A stretch of 64,000 bases of DNA, taken from NCBI GenBank assembly GCA_000091205.1, contig AP006497.2. The stretch is one strand, 5' to 3'. The first letter of the stretch is position 1, and the number at the start of each line of letters is the position of its first letter. Shown piece by piece: positions 41,779 to 52,632 of the stretch. Both the position numbers and the translations under genes were made by a program. The notes beneath the pieces were generated by a model. That model searched no databases. It was not told where the DNA came from and saw only the letters and a program-made list of their open reading frames with translations. Origin of the DNA: Cyanidioschyzon merolae (taxonomy: Eukaryota).

Positions 41779-42087
41779 CTAGCGGACGACGCGAAAGGGG
41801 TTCCACTGCCTCCACTCGTCAGGGTGCTGCGGCGGAGGCAACCACTCGATGTCAACGCGATCCACCCGCGCAAGCTCTGGACCACGACGACACCAAGCCA
41901 GGAGCTCCTCAACTTTTGTAGTGGTTCCAAACGCCTCGAGCTCCACGGAGCCGTCGGCACAGTTTCGCACCCAGCCAGCTACGCCGAGCTGTGTGGCTTT
42001 CTCCTGCGTGGAAGCTCGATAAAAGACGCCCTGTACAAGACCGTAAACTCGAGCTCTACAGTGACAGAGGCTTGGACTCGCTTCCAT
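41779..42087 (-). CDS. Acylphosphatase
   Basis: Within ORF 41779..42225(-): RVYGLVQGVFYRASTQEKATQLGVAGWVRNCADGSVELEAFGTTTKVEELLAWCRRGP. The V.G.VQGV.FR and GWV.N..dGsV motifs are present. The start is placed at the internal MEASPSL. Confidence 0.75.
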   Translation of the reverse strand: MEASPSLCHCRARVYGLVQGVFYRASTQEKATQLGVAGWVRNCADGSVELEAFGTTTKVEELLAWCRRGPELARVDRVDIEWLPPPQHPDEWRQWNPFRVVR

Positions 42088-43001
42088 TTGACCCAGTAGG
42101 TCACGTGTCCTATGTGTTTGCTGTGAACGGGATTGCAGCACTCGCGAGCAGTTCATCGCGGTTTCCTCGTTCCGTTCGCTTCCAGGCGATACCAACACGC
42201 TGTCTGTTTCAACGACCATTTGCATGGGTTTGTGTGTTGACTACCAGCTGTTATTCGGATTCGAAGTAGCTCAGATATGCAGTGCTCTGATACATACGCT
42301 TGAGAGCACCTTAGCGCTCCTGGGGCATTCTGTGCGCTTGCAGCGATGTTCTTCTTGACCCTGGATGAGGAGCGACTTGGATTGCCTCGTAGCGTATCGT
42401 ACTATTTTCGCGGTAAACGAGTCGTTTAGTTCCCGAAATCGCTTTGTAAACGCAGTGTCTCTACGCCTTGAGGCAGTGCGGAGATATCGGGCTTGTGTTG
42501 CTTTTCAAGGCGAACATGGTCAGAGCCCCGGAGTTCCGCCATGTGTGCGTCCGCCTTGAGAATGCCCGGCGATAGCTTGAGTGCATCTCTTCCGAGCACA
42601 TATCAAGCAGAGTCTCAAGAATCCCCATGTTGGTATTGATTCAGTACGGAGCATCGGTGCAGCACGCCTGCGACCTCAGAACTGATGCCGGAAAACAGCG
42701 CTCCAGAAAGATCCCATCCCCGGTTTCCTGATCCAGCGTAACGCTTACCTCGACCAGCGTACCCTCATCGTCTCTAGGTGATTTCTCGGGACCTTTCGCT
42801 GCGTGGCTATCGTGGATTGGAAGCCGCCGTCTCTGTCGGGGCATCCGCAACCACCAGGCACCTGTCGTCCATGCGCATTCCAGGTCATCGCTCGCCGAGA
42901 CTTTGCTCGCAACGAGTCGTTCGCTGCTTCGTTGTGAGTCATCTTCGAGGGATTTGCCTCTGGCTCTGCGTCAAGCACTTGACGCCCTCTCTGGGGCTGC
43001 C

Positions 43002-43823
43002 TCATCGACGACGCGATCGACGGGATGCTGGTTCCGCTCTGGCGGCATCTGCAGCGGCTGTGGGCGCACTGCTCGGTTCCCCGGTGCGCTCTGGATCCGC
43101 CTCCGGCGAATTCGTCACCATGGCTTCCTCATGCTCTGACGATTCATCAACAGAAGGCGATGCTCTCGCAAATGCCTCCTCCGCTAGAGGTTCCGATTCA
43201 ATCATCCGCGTTTGCGGACTGTCGCCCAAGTTACCAGCGGTATCGCTGTGCGCATGCGTCACGATGGCGACTCGCTGGTTGACTGCGTCGGACACTGCGA
43301 GCACGGTTGAGTAGCCGCCTCCGTCTGTGGCTACTGGCAATGCTCGTTTATTGAGTTCCCGTTTCCTCTTCTGAGCCGTCACCCGGAAAACCGGAGCGGT
43401 GAGTTGGAGTTCCTCGGGCGGGAGCTCCACTGTATCGCGATCGCCTCTGAATACAGGCAGGGGAACCGCATTCAGTTCACGAGCGTGAAGCATCTGCACT
43501 TCTCGCGGTGGAGGCTGCACGAACTCTCGTTGTAGCTTGAGTTCAATAGCTAGCTTCACGTCGTTCACGTCGATCTCAGCCATGTCACCAGCTGCAGCAG
43601 CTGCGCTAACTCCAGAACCAGTGCGACTAACTTTGCCCTGGCCACGATGAGCGTGTTCTGACAAGTCCCGCGCGTCTGTCAAGACCTCTGCAACATAGCG
43701 ATAGAGAAGCTCCAGTAGTTGGTGGATGACGCGATCATCATACTCTTCGATGCCCATCGATGACAGGATGCTCGCGAGTATGCGCGCGTCCAGCGGCGCT
43801 CCAGCGACCTCCACTTTACTCAT
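43002..43823 (-). CDS. TAF9: Transcription initiation factor TFIID subunit 9 (TAF9, histone-fold)
   Basis: PLDARILASILSSMGIEEYDDRVIHQLLELLYRYVAEVLTDARDLSEHA...IDVNDVKLAIELKLQREFVQPPPREVQMLHARELNAVPLP closely parallels the TAF9 histone-fold and conserved region. Confidence 0.8.
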   Translation of the reverse strand: MSKVEVAGAPLDARILASILSSMGIEEYDDRVIHQLLELLYRYVAEVLTDARDLSEHAHRGQGKVSRTGSGVSAAAAAGDMAEIDVNDVKLAIELKLQREFVQPPPREVQMLHARELNAVPLPVFRGDRDTVELPPEELQLTAPVFRVTAQKRKRELNKRALPVATDGGGYSTVLAVSDAVNQRVAIVTHAHSDTAGNLGDSPQTRMIESEPLAEEAFARASPSVDESSEHEEAMVTNSPEADPERTGEPSSAPTAAADAARAEPASRRSRRR

Positions 43824-45154
43824 GTTGCTGCGTGTGCAAAAACTATTTCCTTAAGTGAGGTCCAAAGCGACACAAGAGTCCAGCTGAAAGTTCGAATCGG
43901 TCAGCCTCGGTGCACCGACGCCTCAGCGAAGCGAGCGTTGGTTGTGGGCAGCGGCCACGTCCGAGCGAAACCACAAGTTTGTGTTCGTTCGGGAGCTACT
44001 AGTCACCTTCGAGGCAAGCCAACCTGCCCACGGAATGAATCGACTCCTGAACCCGTACACGCTCTGAATAAACGTCACTGGTGACCGATGCGAGTGTCTC
44101 AGCGCAGCACGCGAACAGGTATAGAAATGCGAGGATGTGTGCTGGGCGTGTTGGTGCGTGCGCCAGACGCTGCGTCGGCATGAGCACGTTCCAAAGCGAG
44201 TTGTCTGCATGGACTCAGCCTTGCGCGCTTTGGAAGGTTCCTGTATGGGAACAAGGGTACTATGTGGTGTCGGTCACTGTAGGAACTGAGTAGAACAGGT
44301 TCGGTTTGGGAACTGCTTGGGTTTTCGAGCAGTCGAAGACGACTGAGCTAGCTCTCGTGGGTTGTTTGAACAAACGCTGCGTTCTTGGATAATAGTGCAG
44401 TACGTTGCTTTGGATTGACTGATAAATTTTCATCGCACTGGGTCACCGACAGAGTTACGTGCTACAAAACTGCAGGCAAAGCGCTGTGTCCGTGCACGAC
44501 AGAGCACTCGGTTGCTGCGGAGACAGCATCCGGCAGCGTGGTGCCTCCACAGCGAGCCGGATCGTTTCTTTCTCGTGCGTATTTCCCGAGGACATAGAGG
44601 ATGAGCGCCATTGCTGGGCACTAGATTATAAGGTATCGAGGCATTTTGAGCCAGACGAGGCTTAGGGCGCACGACTAGACTCAGCCTTTATCTCGTTAGT
44701 TACCAGTACGCGTTTGGGCGCATCCACGGGTTCCGTCCGAGTCATTGGACCGCTCGAGATATGGTATGCGGTATCTGGCCTGTTCGCTATGTCGACGCGG
44801 AGCCATGTGCCGCTAGACCTGATGCCAAACCAGTGTTTGTTTCGTTTGTTGAAAATGCAAGGAGCGAAGCCTGGTCAGGTTCGGTAAGCCGGCGGTGTCT
44901 CTGCTGGAGCCCATTTGAAACCTCGCTCAGTGATGCAATGATCGTATTGAGGGTCATATCTAGTTTTACATGGATATGGGGGAAACAACATGGGGTCATG
45001 CATCCGCCCGAACAGGCGGTATGAAAATGATAAGCAGGAGCGCAGACCAAGAGCCGCGTACAACTTGGTAAGCGGTAGTATGTACATTAGACGGCAGCCC
45101 CGGGGCAGCCAATGTGGTGATTGCTGCTGGCCCGAAATCGCGCTTGCCGAGTTG

Positions 45155-46177
45155 TCAGTTTAATCTGTGAATCAGCATCGCGCGGTACTCATCGTATCGC
45201 AGTTCCGCCTTGGTGCTTCGGTATGTGGTCAGGAAGACGCATTCCGACCACCAGGAGTCGGTTTCCGTCGCCGGAACGTCACCTAAGTAACCAGATTTTC
45301 TGATAAGAGAACAAATGGTCTCGTATTTGCTCCATTTCAGTTCTAGCGGAACCTCGGGTAGATACGTTGCGCTGTACCGCGAGGTCCGTGGCCTTGTGAA
45401 CCTTCTCCACGCAAATCGCCGCTGCTGAGACTGCGGTTCCACTTCAACAATCAATCCATGGACGCCAGGTTCCCAGTCCCAAACCGAGTCGCGCTCCGTA
45501 AAGTCGCTCAGAAGACTAACAACGCATAGCAGCCGGGGAAGTTCCTCGATACGGATCGGGGCGAAGCGACGATCATGCAAGGCCGCGGTGACTGCGTATG
45601 AACGCAATGCATCGTGGAGGCCGGTCGGTGTCAGTGTACCGATGCAACCGCGAAGTTGCCACACCGAGTCGGTGGTCGTCCGCAGATGCCCTCTGTCCGC
45701 GAGTATCTTCCATGTGATGAAGAGTCCGTAAGCGTCGCTGTCTGGTGGCAGCGCTTCACGGAACGGGTCGTCATCGGTTGATAGACGACCTCGAGCGCGC
45801 AGTTCCCGTTCTAGCACCGAGAACGCGTATGCACACATGACAGACGTCGCGACCACACCAGTAACCCCACCGGGGTGCTGCGCAGCCCCGCCGGCACCGC
45901 TGACCGTTGCGTTCGAAGCGTCCACCTGGGCGGTTACCGAATTGTTGAGCGGCAATCCCGGTGATTCTCTGGCTTTCGTTGCATCACTCAAGTTCCGTGC
46001 CGTTGGTTCGGTGGTAACGCTGCTCTCGTCCGACGTTGCCGCTGGGCTCCGTGTCAAGCGCTCGCCTGCACTTGCGGCCGGCTCAGTTGCTGCTGAGGAA
46101 GCTTTGTCACCAAAGTCAGTGTCTGAACGCTCTGACTGAACAGCGTCTCTTCGAATTAACTTATTCCACATAGGCAA
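45155..46177 (-). CDS. AMMECR1-domain protein (N-terminal ~110 aa low-complexity; alternative start at internal Met ~45841)
   Basis: CAYAFSVLE...LFITWKI...LRGCIGT...ALHDRRFAPIRIEELPRLLCVVSLLSDFTE...WEPGVHGLIVEV...YSATYLPEVPLELKWSKYETICSLIRKSGY matches the AMMECR1 domain pattern. Confidence 0.8.
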   Translation of the reverse strand: MPMWNKLIRRDAVQSERSDTDFGDKASSAATEPAASAGERLTRSPAATSDESSVTTEPTARNLSDATKARESPGLPLNNSVTAQVDASNATVSGAGGAAQHPGGVTGVVATSVMCAYAFSVLERELRARGRLSTDDDPFREALPPDSDAYGLFITWKILADRGHLRTTTDSVWQLRGCIGTLTPTGLHDALRSYAVTAALHDRRFAPIRIEELPRLLCVVSLLSDFTERDSVWDWEPGVHGLIVEVEPQSQQRRFAWRRFTRPRTSRYSATYLPEVPLELKWSKYETICSLIRKSGYLGDVPATETDSWWSECVFLTTYRSTKAELRYDEYRAMLIHRLN

Positions 46178-47099
46178 GCAAACGTTTTCAGGTGAACGTG
46201 CGTGCGCACGTCCATGGACGCACGCATCCGCTTCCTAGACACGCACGCGTGCACGCACGCATGTCAAGTCTTTCAACTCAATTCTGTTTCACCCCTGCTG
46301 CAGCGTATAGCAGGTGATCGATATTACGATGCAAAGTACCGTTTGAATCGTTGGCGAATTGAATGTAGGATACATATTCTTTACTGAACATTGGGAAGAG
46401 CACTGCACTCCTCTTTCGGGTCAGTAGGACCATAGGAGAGGTACGGTTGGGGAACACTGACAGGAACCCATGTATGCTGCCTTTACCAAGACCCGATATT
46501 CTAAAAGTCTGCTTATGGTCAATGGTAGAAAAGGACCCGTTGATCACTTTAGGAGAAGCAAAAGCGACGACAATGGTCGCCACGAGCGTCTCTGTTTCTC
46601 AATACGTTGTCTGTTTGGCCCTGAAACCCTGAGCGTTCCGTCACCAAAAAGTCCGATTTCGATCACGGACATCGCGCACCGAAATCGCAATGGCGGCGTT
46701 CCTGGAACGTCACAATCGGTACGAAGCACATGGACGTAGGTTTGTTTCTTAAGTCGATAAGACTCGCTTCGGAAAAACGGTCGGTGCTCATATGGGTATT
46801 CGCCGAGCAGGGCGCCCGTTTTATGAACGATCGAACTCGAAGAGAACGACGACATCGGCGTATGTTCTAGCTGAAGTGGGTTTATTCGGCAGCCTCAGTT
46901 CCGCTCGTAGAGAAGGCTCATGTAACAGCACCACCGACTTTGCCGAATCATTGAAATCTTTTCCCTGATTTCTGGTGACGTCCTTCTAGTAGATAACGTG
47001 GCATTTACCTGTTCCCGTTGCGTTCGAGCTTTTGCCGATTCTGCCGAGGCGTAGAGCTGCTTCTCATTCCTTCGTATGCTCTGTGGTTGAATCTCATGG

Positions 47100-47740
47100 A
47101 TGGAATGTTTTCCGTCGTGAAACGGAATGATCGATCGATCGTTCGAATTGATGAAGCCTTCAGCACAGTGACACACCGGGGCACATTTCGTATGCCTTCG
47201 GGAAACCGTTTTCCTTCAGGCAAGGTCCTCTCCCGATGGCATAAAGGAGGGGATTCAGTTTCAGAAATAAAAAACCCCAAAGAAAAGTTATGCACATCGA
47301 ATTCGAGTACTCTGGAGGGTCGTCACCCCCGGGTCCGACAAAACCAGAGCGAAAAGTTCTCTTCTAGCCTACCATCGAGCGAAGAAGAACAAATGACGAA
47401 GGAGACGAGGGAGAGTGGGACCTTGGCCAGAAAAAATGTGTATCTGACAGGACGGTGACGAGACGTAGTGTCACAGAGGGCACGAGTTCGAGGACTACTT
47501 GCATTCGTGAGTTCAACCAGAGGACACGAACGCAGGGACTCTGTGAACCAAGACTTGAACGCCGCCATGAATATCCGGAGACCTGCGGCGCTGAAGACAA
47601 GACCCGAAGCGCTGATGCCATTCAACTCTGTGGGGCACCCTCTCACACTCGAATATTGCACGGAGATGCTGAAGCCGATGGCGGGCGGCCGGTCGGAAAC
47701 GGCTTGGAGGCGTCTGTCTGGAGGTATATACGGATAACCT
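47100..47740 (+). pseudogene. Degenerate relic of the TnpB/Fanzor-like nuclease family (3' portion, copy 4)
   Basis: ORF 47468..47737 reads RARVRGLLAFVSSTRGHERRDSVNQDLNAAMNIRRPAALKTRPEAL...MAGGRSETAWRRLSGGIYG. This is homologous to copy 2's [48 protein letters not shown]...[21 protein letters not shown]. The antisense ORF 47323..47844 also matches antisense ORF 15727..16218. It is diverged and interrupted. Confidence 0.55.
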
Positions 47741-48203
47741 CGATGGTTATAGAGCTGCTCAGTTTCACTGATAGGTACGTTGACACGCACACCTCTGAAC
47801 ACGCCGCGGTTGCCCAGCGCCCCGTTGTATGCGAAGCACAGCATTCTGAGTTATCGGACCCAGCACGTCCTTTTCTGTTTCTGTCTATTTTTTCCTTGCA
47901 GCTATTCAACGAACACAATGTATTTAATGAATGGGAGGAACGTCACGAAAAGACTTGACACGCTCACCGCTAGCGAGCGAGGAATGGTTATATGTGTTCA
48001 AGCCAATCACTGCACCGTCCTGAGGTTGACGAACGGACCCTCTCATGGCTCGTATCCTGAACGCTGTCGTCCCAAAATCCAAGTTTCCAGACTCTTTCTA
48101 CAAGAATGTCTCCTGGTCACTCAATTCTCGTCACATATAGTCTATTAGGAAAACGATTAAAGAAGGCACCAGACGAGCAGTTTCCATTCCGTGCATACGA
48201 ACG

Positions 48204-49229
48204 GTGATGATGGGAAACGGATGCGAGGGAGAAGCGCGCCTCTATACAAGACGGTCGCGCGTCCAGCTCCACACAATCGATTTCGTACTGACACGCGAAT
48301 CCTCATTCCAGGACAGAAAGGTATTCGTCTCACTCGATAGGATTCCGTTCGCGAACAACGGCGGACCTGTGTACGGGTACTCAAACCGGGGCCGAACCGC
48401 TGTTTACAATGAAGAAACTAAAACGAGCATGACGACGGCATCAGTCCTAGTGGAGGAGCTGTCGTGTGGTCTCGTATTTATCGCAGATGGCTCGGGATCG
48501 TTCTCCACCTTATACTTCGTCGAAGCAGTCTTCGCGGATCCTCCTTCCCATATTCTTGCGTCGTGCTCTCAGACAAGGGCGCTTTCTATCACATATCTGG
48601 GTCAAGGGCATCGGCGGAATGTGTGGTGCTTCAAGCTTTATTCTGAAGAGCAGCTGCGCTGTAAATGCAGAACGCTTCGGTACTTGGGCAACGCAAAACT
48701 GGGCCTGTCGAGAACGGGTGCAGCATGTTCCCGCTGCAAACTCGACTCGTCGATGTTGTTATTGTGGGTTCTGCCCTGCACCCGAAACTCACGAGCGGCG
48801 TCGCAGCTAGGCCCTCATCTCTGGACCCATGCATCGTTGCTCTTGACACGTGCGGGAAACCTTGCAGATGCTGAGCATTTTGGGCTCGATCTCCAGAATG
48901 AGCTGAGAAAGCAGTCGGCGCTCAAATCCAATCTGTTCCGTTGCCGTATCGCCAGTCGCACGGCTCCCGGGACGCAACCCGTCTCTGCATCGCTTCCAGG
49001 CTCGCTTGACGCACTCTGGGCCAGCTACTGGGCTAATGCTCCAAACACCCGGTGCATGACCCGCAGACAAGATATTGCACAGCGAGCGTGGACGCGTCAT
49101 TCTGGCGGCCCGCAGGTGACCTTGGATCTGGAAGCGCCTTTCTCCATCTCACGATGGATCATGCCTGATGTAAATGAGAACATTTACGATGTTGGCGCCT
49201 GGGTTCACCATCGAAATCACAATCTCTAG
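48204..49229 (+). CDS. Hypothetical 341-aa ORF; its 5' third overlaps the dispersed repeat, so coding status is doubtful
   Basis: A long ORF with no recognised domain. It contains the repeat segment 48460-48700. Confidence 0.2.
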   Translation: MMMGNGCEGEARLYTRRSRVQLHTIDFVLTRESSFQDRKVFVSLDRIPFANNGGPVYGYSNRGRTAVYNEETKTSMTTASVLVEELSCGLVFIADGSGSFSTLYFVEAVFADPPSHILASCSQTRALSITYLGQGHRRNVWCFKLYSEEQLRCKCRTLRYLGNAKLGLSRTGAACSRCKLDSSMLLLWVLPCTRNSRAASQLGPHLWTHASLLLTRAGNLADAEHFGLDLQNELRKQSALKSNLFRCRIASRTAPGTQPVSASLPGSLDALWASYWANAPNTRCMTRRQDIAQRAWTRHSGGPQVTLDLEAPFSISRWIMPDVNENIYDVGAWVHHRNHNL

Positions 49230-49462
49230 GAATTCTCTGACGACATGCGCGCAGAGGTGTCCGCAAAACGGAAACAGCTGTTGGAATGGATCTGAGCGTG
49301 ATCTCATCCGTGCCCGCACAAGGAGATGCGATCCGCTTCTACCAAATCAAGGTTTGATACATGGCGGACAAGTGCCTTACTGATCTCAGCCCGAAAGACC
49401 GTTCCGAACGCGGTTTCCGTTCCTTGGTTCATGCGGCAAGCAAGGGTTCGACGTCGTATCGG

Positions 49463-50479
49463 TTAAGTCCGACGATGACGTTTGGACACTGGAACTTCGT
49501 CCTCGTCTTCGTCCTCGTCAACGGCATCCTCGTCGTCGTCGTCGTCGTCGGCTTCCTCTTCCTCTTCGTCTTCATCAAAGTCTCCGCCCCCGTCCTCATC
49601 GTCATCGAACTCATTATCCTCATCATCCTCTTCTTCACTAAACTCATCGTCCTCGTCTTCTTCGTCGTAGACATAGTCGCCCCCGTCATCATCTTCATCG
49701 TCCTCGTCATCAACGTCGCCGGCGAGGTAGTGCCCGCCCGAAGGGCCTGACGCCTCATCTTCCGAATCCGCCCCATTATTGTCATCTTCCTCCTCTTCGT
49801 CCTCGTCATAGTCACCCTCTTCGTCCTCTTCTCCATCCTCCGCGTCACCACGGTCGTCTTCCTCGTCTTCCTCGTCCAGATCCGCCGGCCTTGTTTTACC
49901 ATACGCCTGTCGAAGCACTGCGTCCTCCTGTTGAATCTCTTCCTCGTCCTCTTCGTATTCCTCATCGTTCTCGTCTTCCTCTGCCCCCTCACCTTCAGCC
50001 TCTTCGTCGTCCTCAACGTCCTCGCCATTTTCATCCTTACCATCTAGCACCATAAGTCCGCGAATCTCGCGGAACATAAACGCGCGATAGTCTTTCAGGT
50101 TGCTCACCGGGCATCCGTAGCAGTCGACGACCCTAAGGTGCAAACAACCGCGCAACGGCTTCAGCGAATCGAGCGTGCGAATAGCGTTTCCAGAAAGATT
50201 CAATACCTCCAAGCGAGGAGCGTGTGTAGGCAAAAGCTCCAGCCCGGCACCAGTTAGGCGGTTGTCGCTGAGCTCCAGCCTCCGCAGCGCCGGAAGCATC
50301 GGAAACCCCGGGGTCAACGAAGTCAATCCGCATCCGTTCATGGACAGAACCTCCAGCGAATCGAAGTTCTCGAGCCCACTTGGATGCGATTGTTTGCAAC
50401 GGTTGTCCAGCACTAACTCCTTGACCTGTCGAGGGAGTTGCTCCCCGATGGCCTTCTTGATTGCCGCCTCCATCTCCAA
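49463..50479 (-). CDS. Acidic leucine-rich nuclear phosphoprotein 32 (ANP32) family member: N-terminal LRR cap plus long poly-Asp/Glu tail
   Basis: MEMEAAIKKAIGEQLPRQVKELVLDNRCKQ...LEVLSMNGCGLTSL...LRRLELSDNRLTGAGLELL...LEVLNLSGNAIRTLDSLKPL...LHLRVVDCYGCPVSNLKDYRAFMFREIRGLMVLDG, followed by ~170 residues of D/E-rich tail. Confidence 0.85.
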   Translation of the reverse strand: MEMEAAIKKAIGEQLPRQVKELVLDNRCKQSHPSGLENFDSLEVLSMNGCGLTSLTPGFPMLPALRRLELSDNRLTGAGLELLPTHAPRLEVLNLSGNAIRTLDSLKPLRGCLHLRVVDCYGCPVSNLKDYRAFMFREIRGLMVLDGKDENGEDVEDDEEAEGEGAEEDENDEEYEEDEEEIQQEDAVLRQAYGKTRPADLDEEDEEDDRGDAEDGEEDEEGDYDEDEEEEDDNNGADSEDEASGPSGGHYLAGDVDDEDDEDDDGGDYVYDEEDEDDEFSEEEDDEDNEFDDDEDGGGDFDEDEEEEEADDDDDDEDAVDEDEDEDEVPVSKRHRRT

Positions 50480-51253
50480 AAGGTGGCGTCTTTCGACGAT
50501 CTAGCTTCTTCCTGTCTCCGAAAATGATTCAAATCGATGATCCTCTGTGTAGCGTAACGCGGTCAGACTGCTATCCCGTTCCTTACGACGGCCAGCAGAG
50601 ACTAGTCGGAGACTCTGCTGCTCGCCTCAGCTCGCTACAGATGAAGAGCGTCCTCTGCAGGCTGAATGCGCGTGTGCGCGGGCAGCGCACGCACCCGCGT
50701 CCACGTCGCCGAGCGATTCGCCACGGCACGCCGCCCAGCGCAGGCGACGCAGTCCAGCGGCGCGACGGAGGTTCGCGCGCGTGTGCGCTGCCCACATGCG
50801 CATCCACGTGACTGTCCCCGCCGCCGCTGCTGTTGTGCCGCGCGGAGATTCCACAGACAGCGATCGCCTTCGGGCGCGCATGCGCTTCAGGTGGCCGATC
50901 GCGTGACACCGAGGTGTCCGCTATGGTGTTTCACTTCAATTGTGTTCCAATCGCCGCTGCGTGCTATGGAATGCTTTTTCGTGGTTTATGGCGGATGCGT
51001 TCAAAGTGAGTTTCTTTGAAGAAATGAAAAATTCACGGGGAAGTGCGTGGACATGGAAATCGGGGGTTCTGGCGGGCCGTCATCACTGAGTTCTACGAAA
51101 ACGATAAGAATCCTCTTCTCGCCGACCATCGAACGAAGAAGCGCAAGTGACGACGAAGAAGAGGCGAGGTAGGCAAGAAAAGGTGTTTGCCCGACGGGAC
51201 GATGACGAGTGTGTCGTGGTACGGGGCCACGAGTTCGATGAATCCTTACATTG

Positions 51254-51270
51254 GAGTGTGTGTGTGTGTG
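51254..51270. repeat. (TG)n microsatellite
   Basis: gtgtgtgtgtgtgtgtg read directly. Confidence 0.9.
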
Positions 51271-51279
51271 TGCAGTCAA

Positions 51280-51970
51280 CGGCAATGCACGAAAGGAGTT
51301 CGTGAACCGAGCCCTCAATATCATGCGCTGCGCTGTCAAGACTCCGCACTTTTTTATATCGTCAGGACTGATCTGGCACTTTTCCATCTCGAGCGTCTGA
51401 AGTGTACACCCCAGCTCGTGGTCTATGCAGGACGTCCGGAACTCGTCTATCGGGAATGTGACAAAACGCCTTGCGCACTCCTTGTAAGCGCGTGTCGGTG
51501 AGGCTGGAGTGCACCCTGTTTTCGACGCCCAGCGCCCTGCTCCCTATGCTGCTACGAGGCTTTGACGCTTGTCCTCCTTGAGGGTGCTCAGCGCATGAAA
51601 AAAGTTCCCAAATGCACGCCATTCCGCACAGTACAAGTTCATATGCGGACGATGGCATGGACATTGGCTTTTGAACGCTCTCTCCGCCGCTGCTTCCATT
51701 GCCGCTCTCTTAGCCCCGAGTGAACATGTGCCGGTCTCTCTTGTCCTTGCAGTTCCCGAGTCAGCAGTCGAGGGATGTCGGTGGCAGCGTTCAAGTTCCG
51801 ATTTCGCCACTTCCCGCCCGTGGTAACGCGTCCCGCGCGTAGGGCCAAGTTGCGGTCCGCACGTCGTTCCCCACGTTCATCTTCTGTGCACATACAGCTT
51901 CGGTGTGTCTTTCGCTGCGCTGACACCGGACTGTGATCAGACGTTCGCATATTCGTCTGCCGCATCTCTC
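51280..51970 (-). pseudogene. Degenerate relic of the TnpB/Fanzor-like nuclease family (3' portion, copy 3) with an internally inverted RuvC-III segment
   Basis: ORF 51544..51810(-) reads ...HMNLYCAEWRAFGNFFHALSTLKEDKRQSLVAA, cf. copy 2 [40 protein letters not shown] 51001..51387(-) reads MEKCQISPDDIKKCGVL, cf. [19 protein letters not shown]. The plus strand at ~51295-51340 reads EFVNRALNIMRCAV. That is the RuvC-III block in opposite orientation to its flanks, with 4 codons deleted. Confidence 0.55.
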
Positions 51971-52632
51971 ACGCGACCGAGCGCCGCCCTGTGGCATGCG
52001 AAGGCTTGCTTCAGCGCTCGATGCATGTCCGGGACTGGCGTAGAAGGCGCTCGTCGAATCCATTCTTTGTCTGCATACCCGATGCCGTGACGAACGATGA
52101 CGGGCTGGTTCCGGGCGATTCCCTTTGCGAGTGCGCTGTATGGTGCAAAAGCAAGCATACGCAGTCCCGTTTGAGAAGGGATTCGTGGAATGCGATATTG
52201 GCCTTGGTGAGGCAGGCACCGGAATGATAACACTCATAGGAGAACCAGTCGAGTGATTTCGATCCGTCCACGCTGTTCTACAGCGAAGCGGCGATCCAGT
52301 CTGCACCAGAGGCGATCGCTGCGACGACTATAGTCAAGGACTTCATTCCATGCAACCAGAAGAGGCGAGTGCATCTGGGCGCGAATCCCCGTGTAACGTA
52401 CGATGCAGCTGTCGAATTCCCTGTCTCGCGGATGACCACAGGGACACAAGGATTTGTCTTTCGAAAGGATTCGATCATTTGATACGAGAAGCACGATGAG
52501 GCTTGGGCGTGAGCGTGTGAACACGTCGTCAAGGAGCGACGTCGGGCTCCGTGCCGCGCCAGTCCAGTGGCGAGCATTGCTGTGCCCACGGGTTGCCTTG
52601 AAACAGAAAGATCGAAAACATGAAGCATGCAT
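51937..52632 (-). CDS. Possible glycosyltransferase group-1 (GT4)-like C-terminal fragment, interrupted
   Basis: ORFs 52234..52632(-) and 51937..52233(-) show a weak resemblance (GLRMLAFAPYSALAKGIARNQPVIVRHGIG, cf. EGFGlvllEAmAcGtPVia...gG). Very tentative. Confidence 0.2.

Noticed and set aside
49429-50043. Highly basic ORF (RRKTRKTT...) and Ser-rich plus-strand ORF 49482..49670
   Set aside because: They are alternative-frame or antisense readings of the GAC/GAG-rich acidic tail of ANP32.
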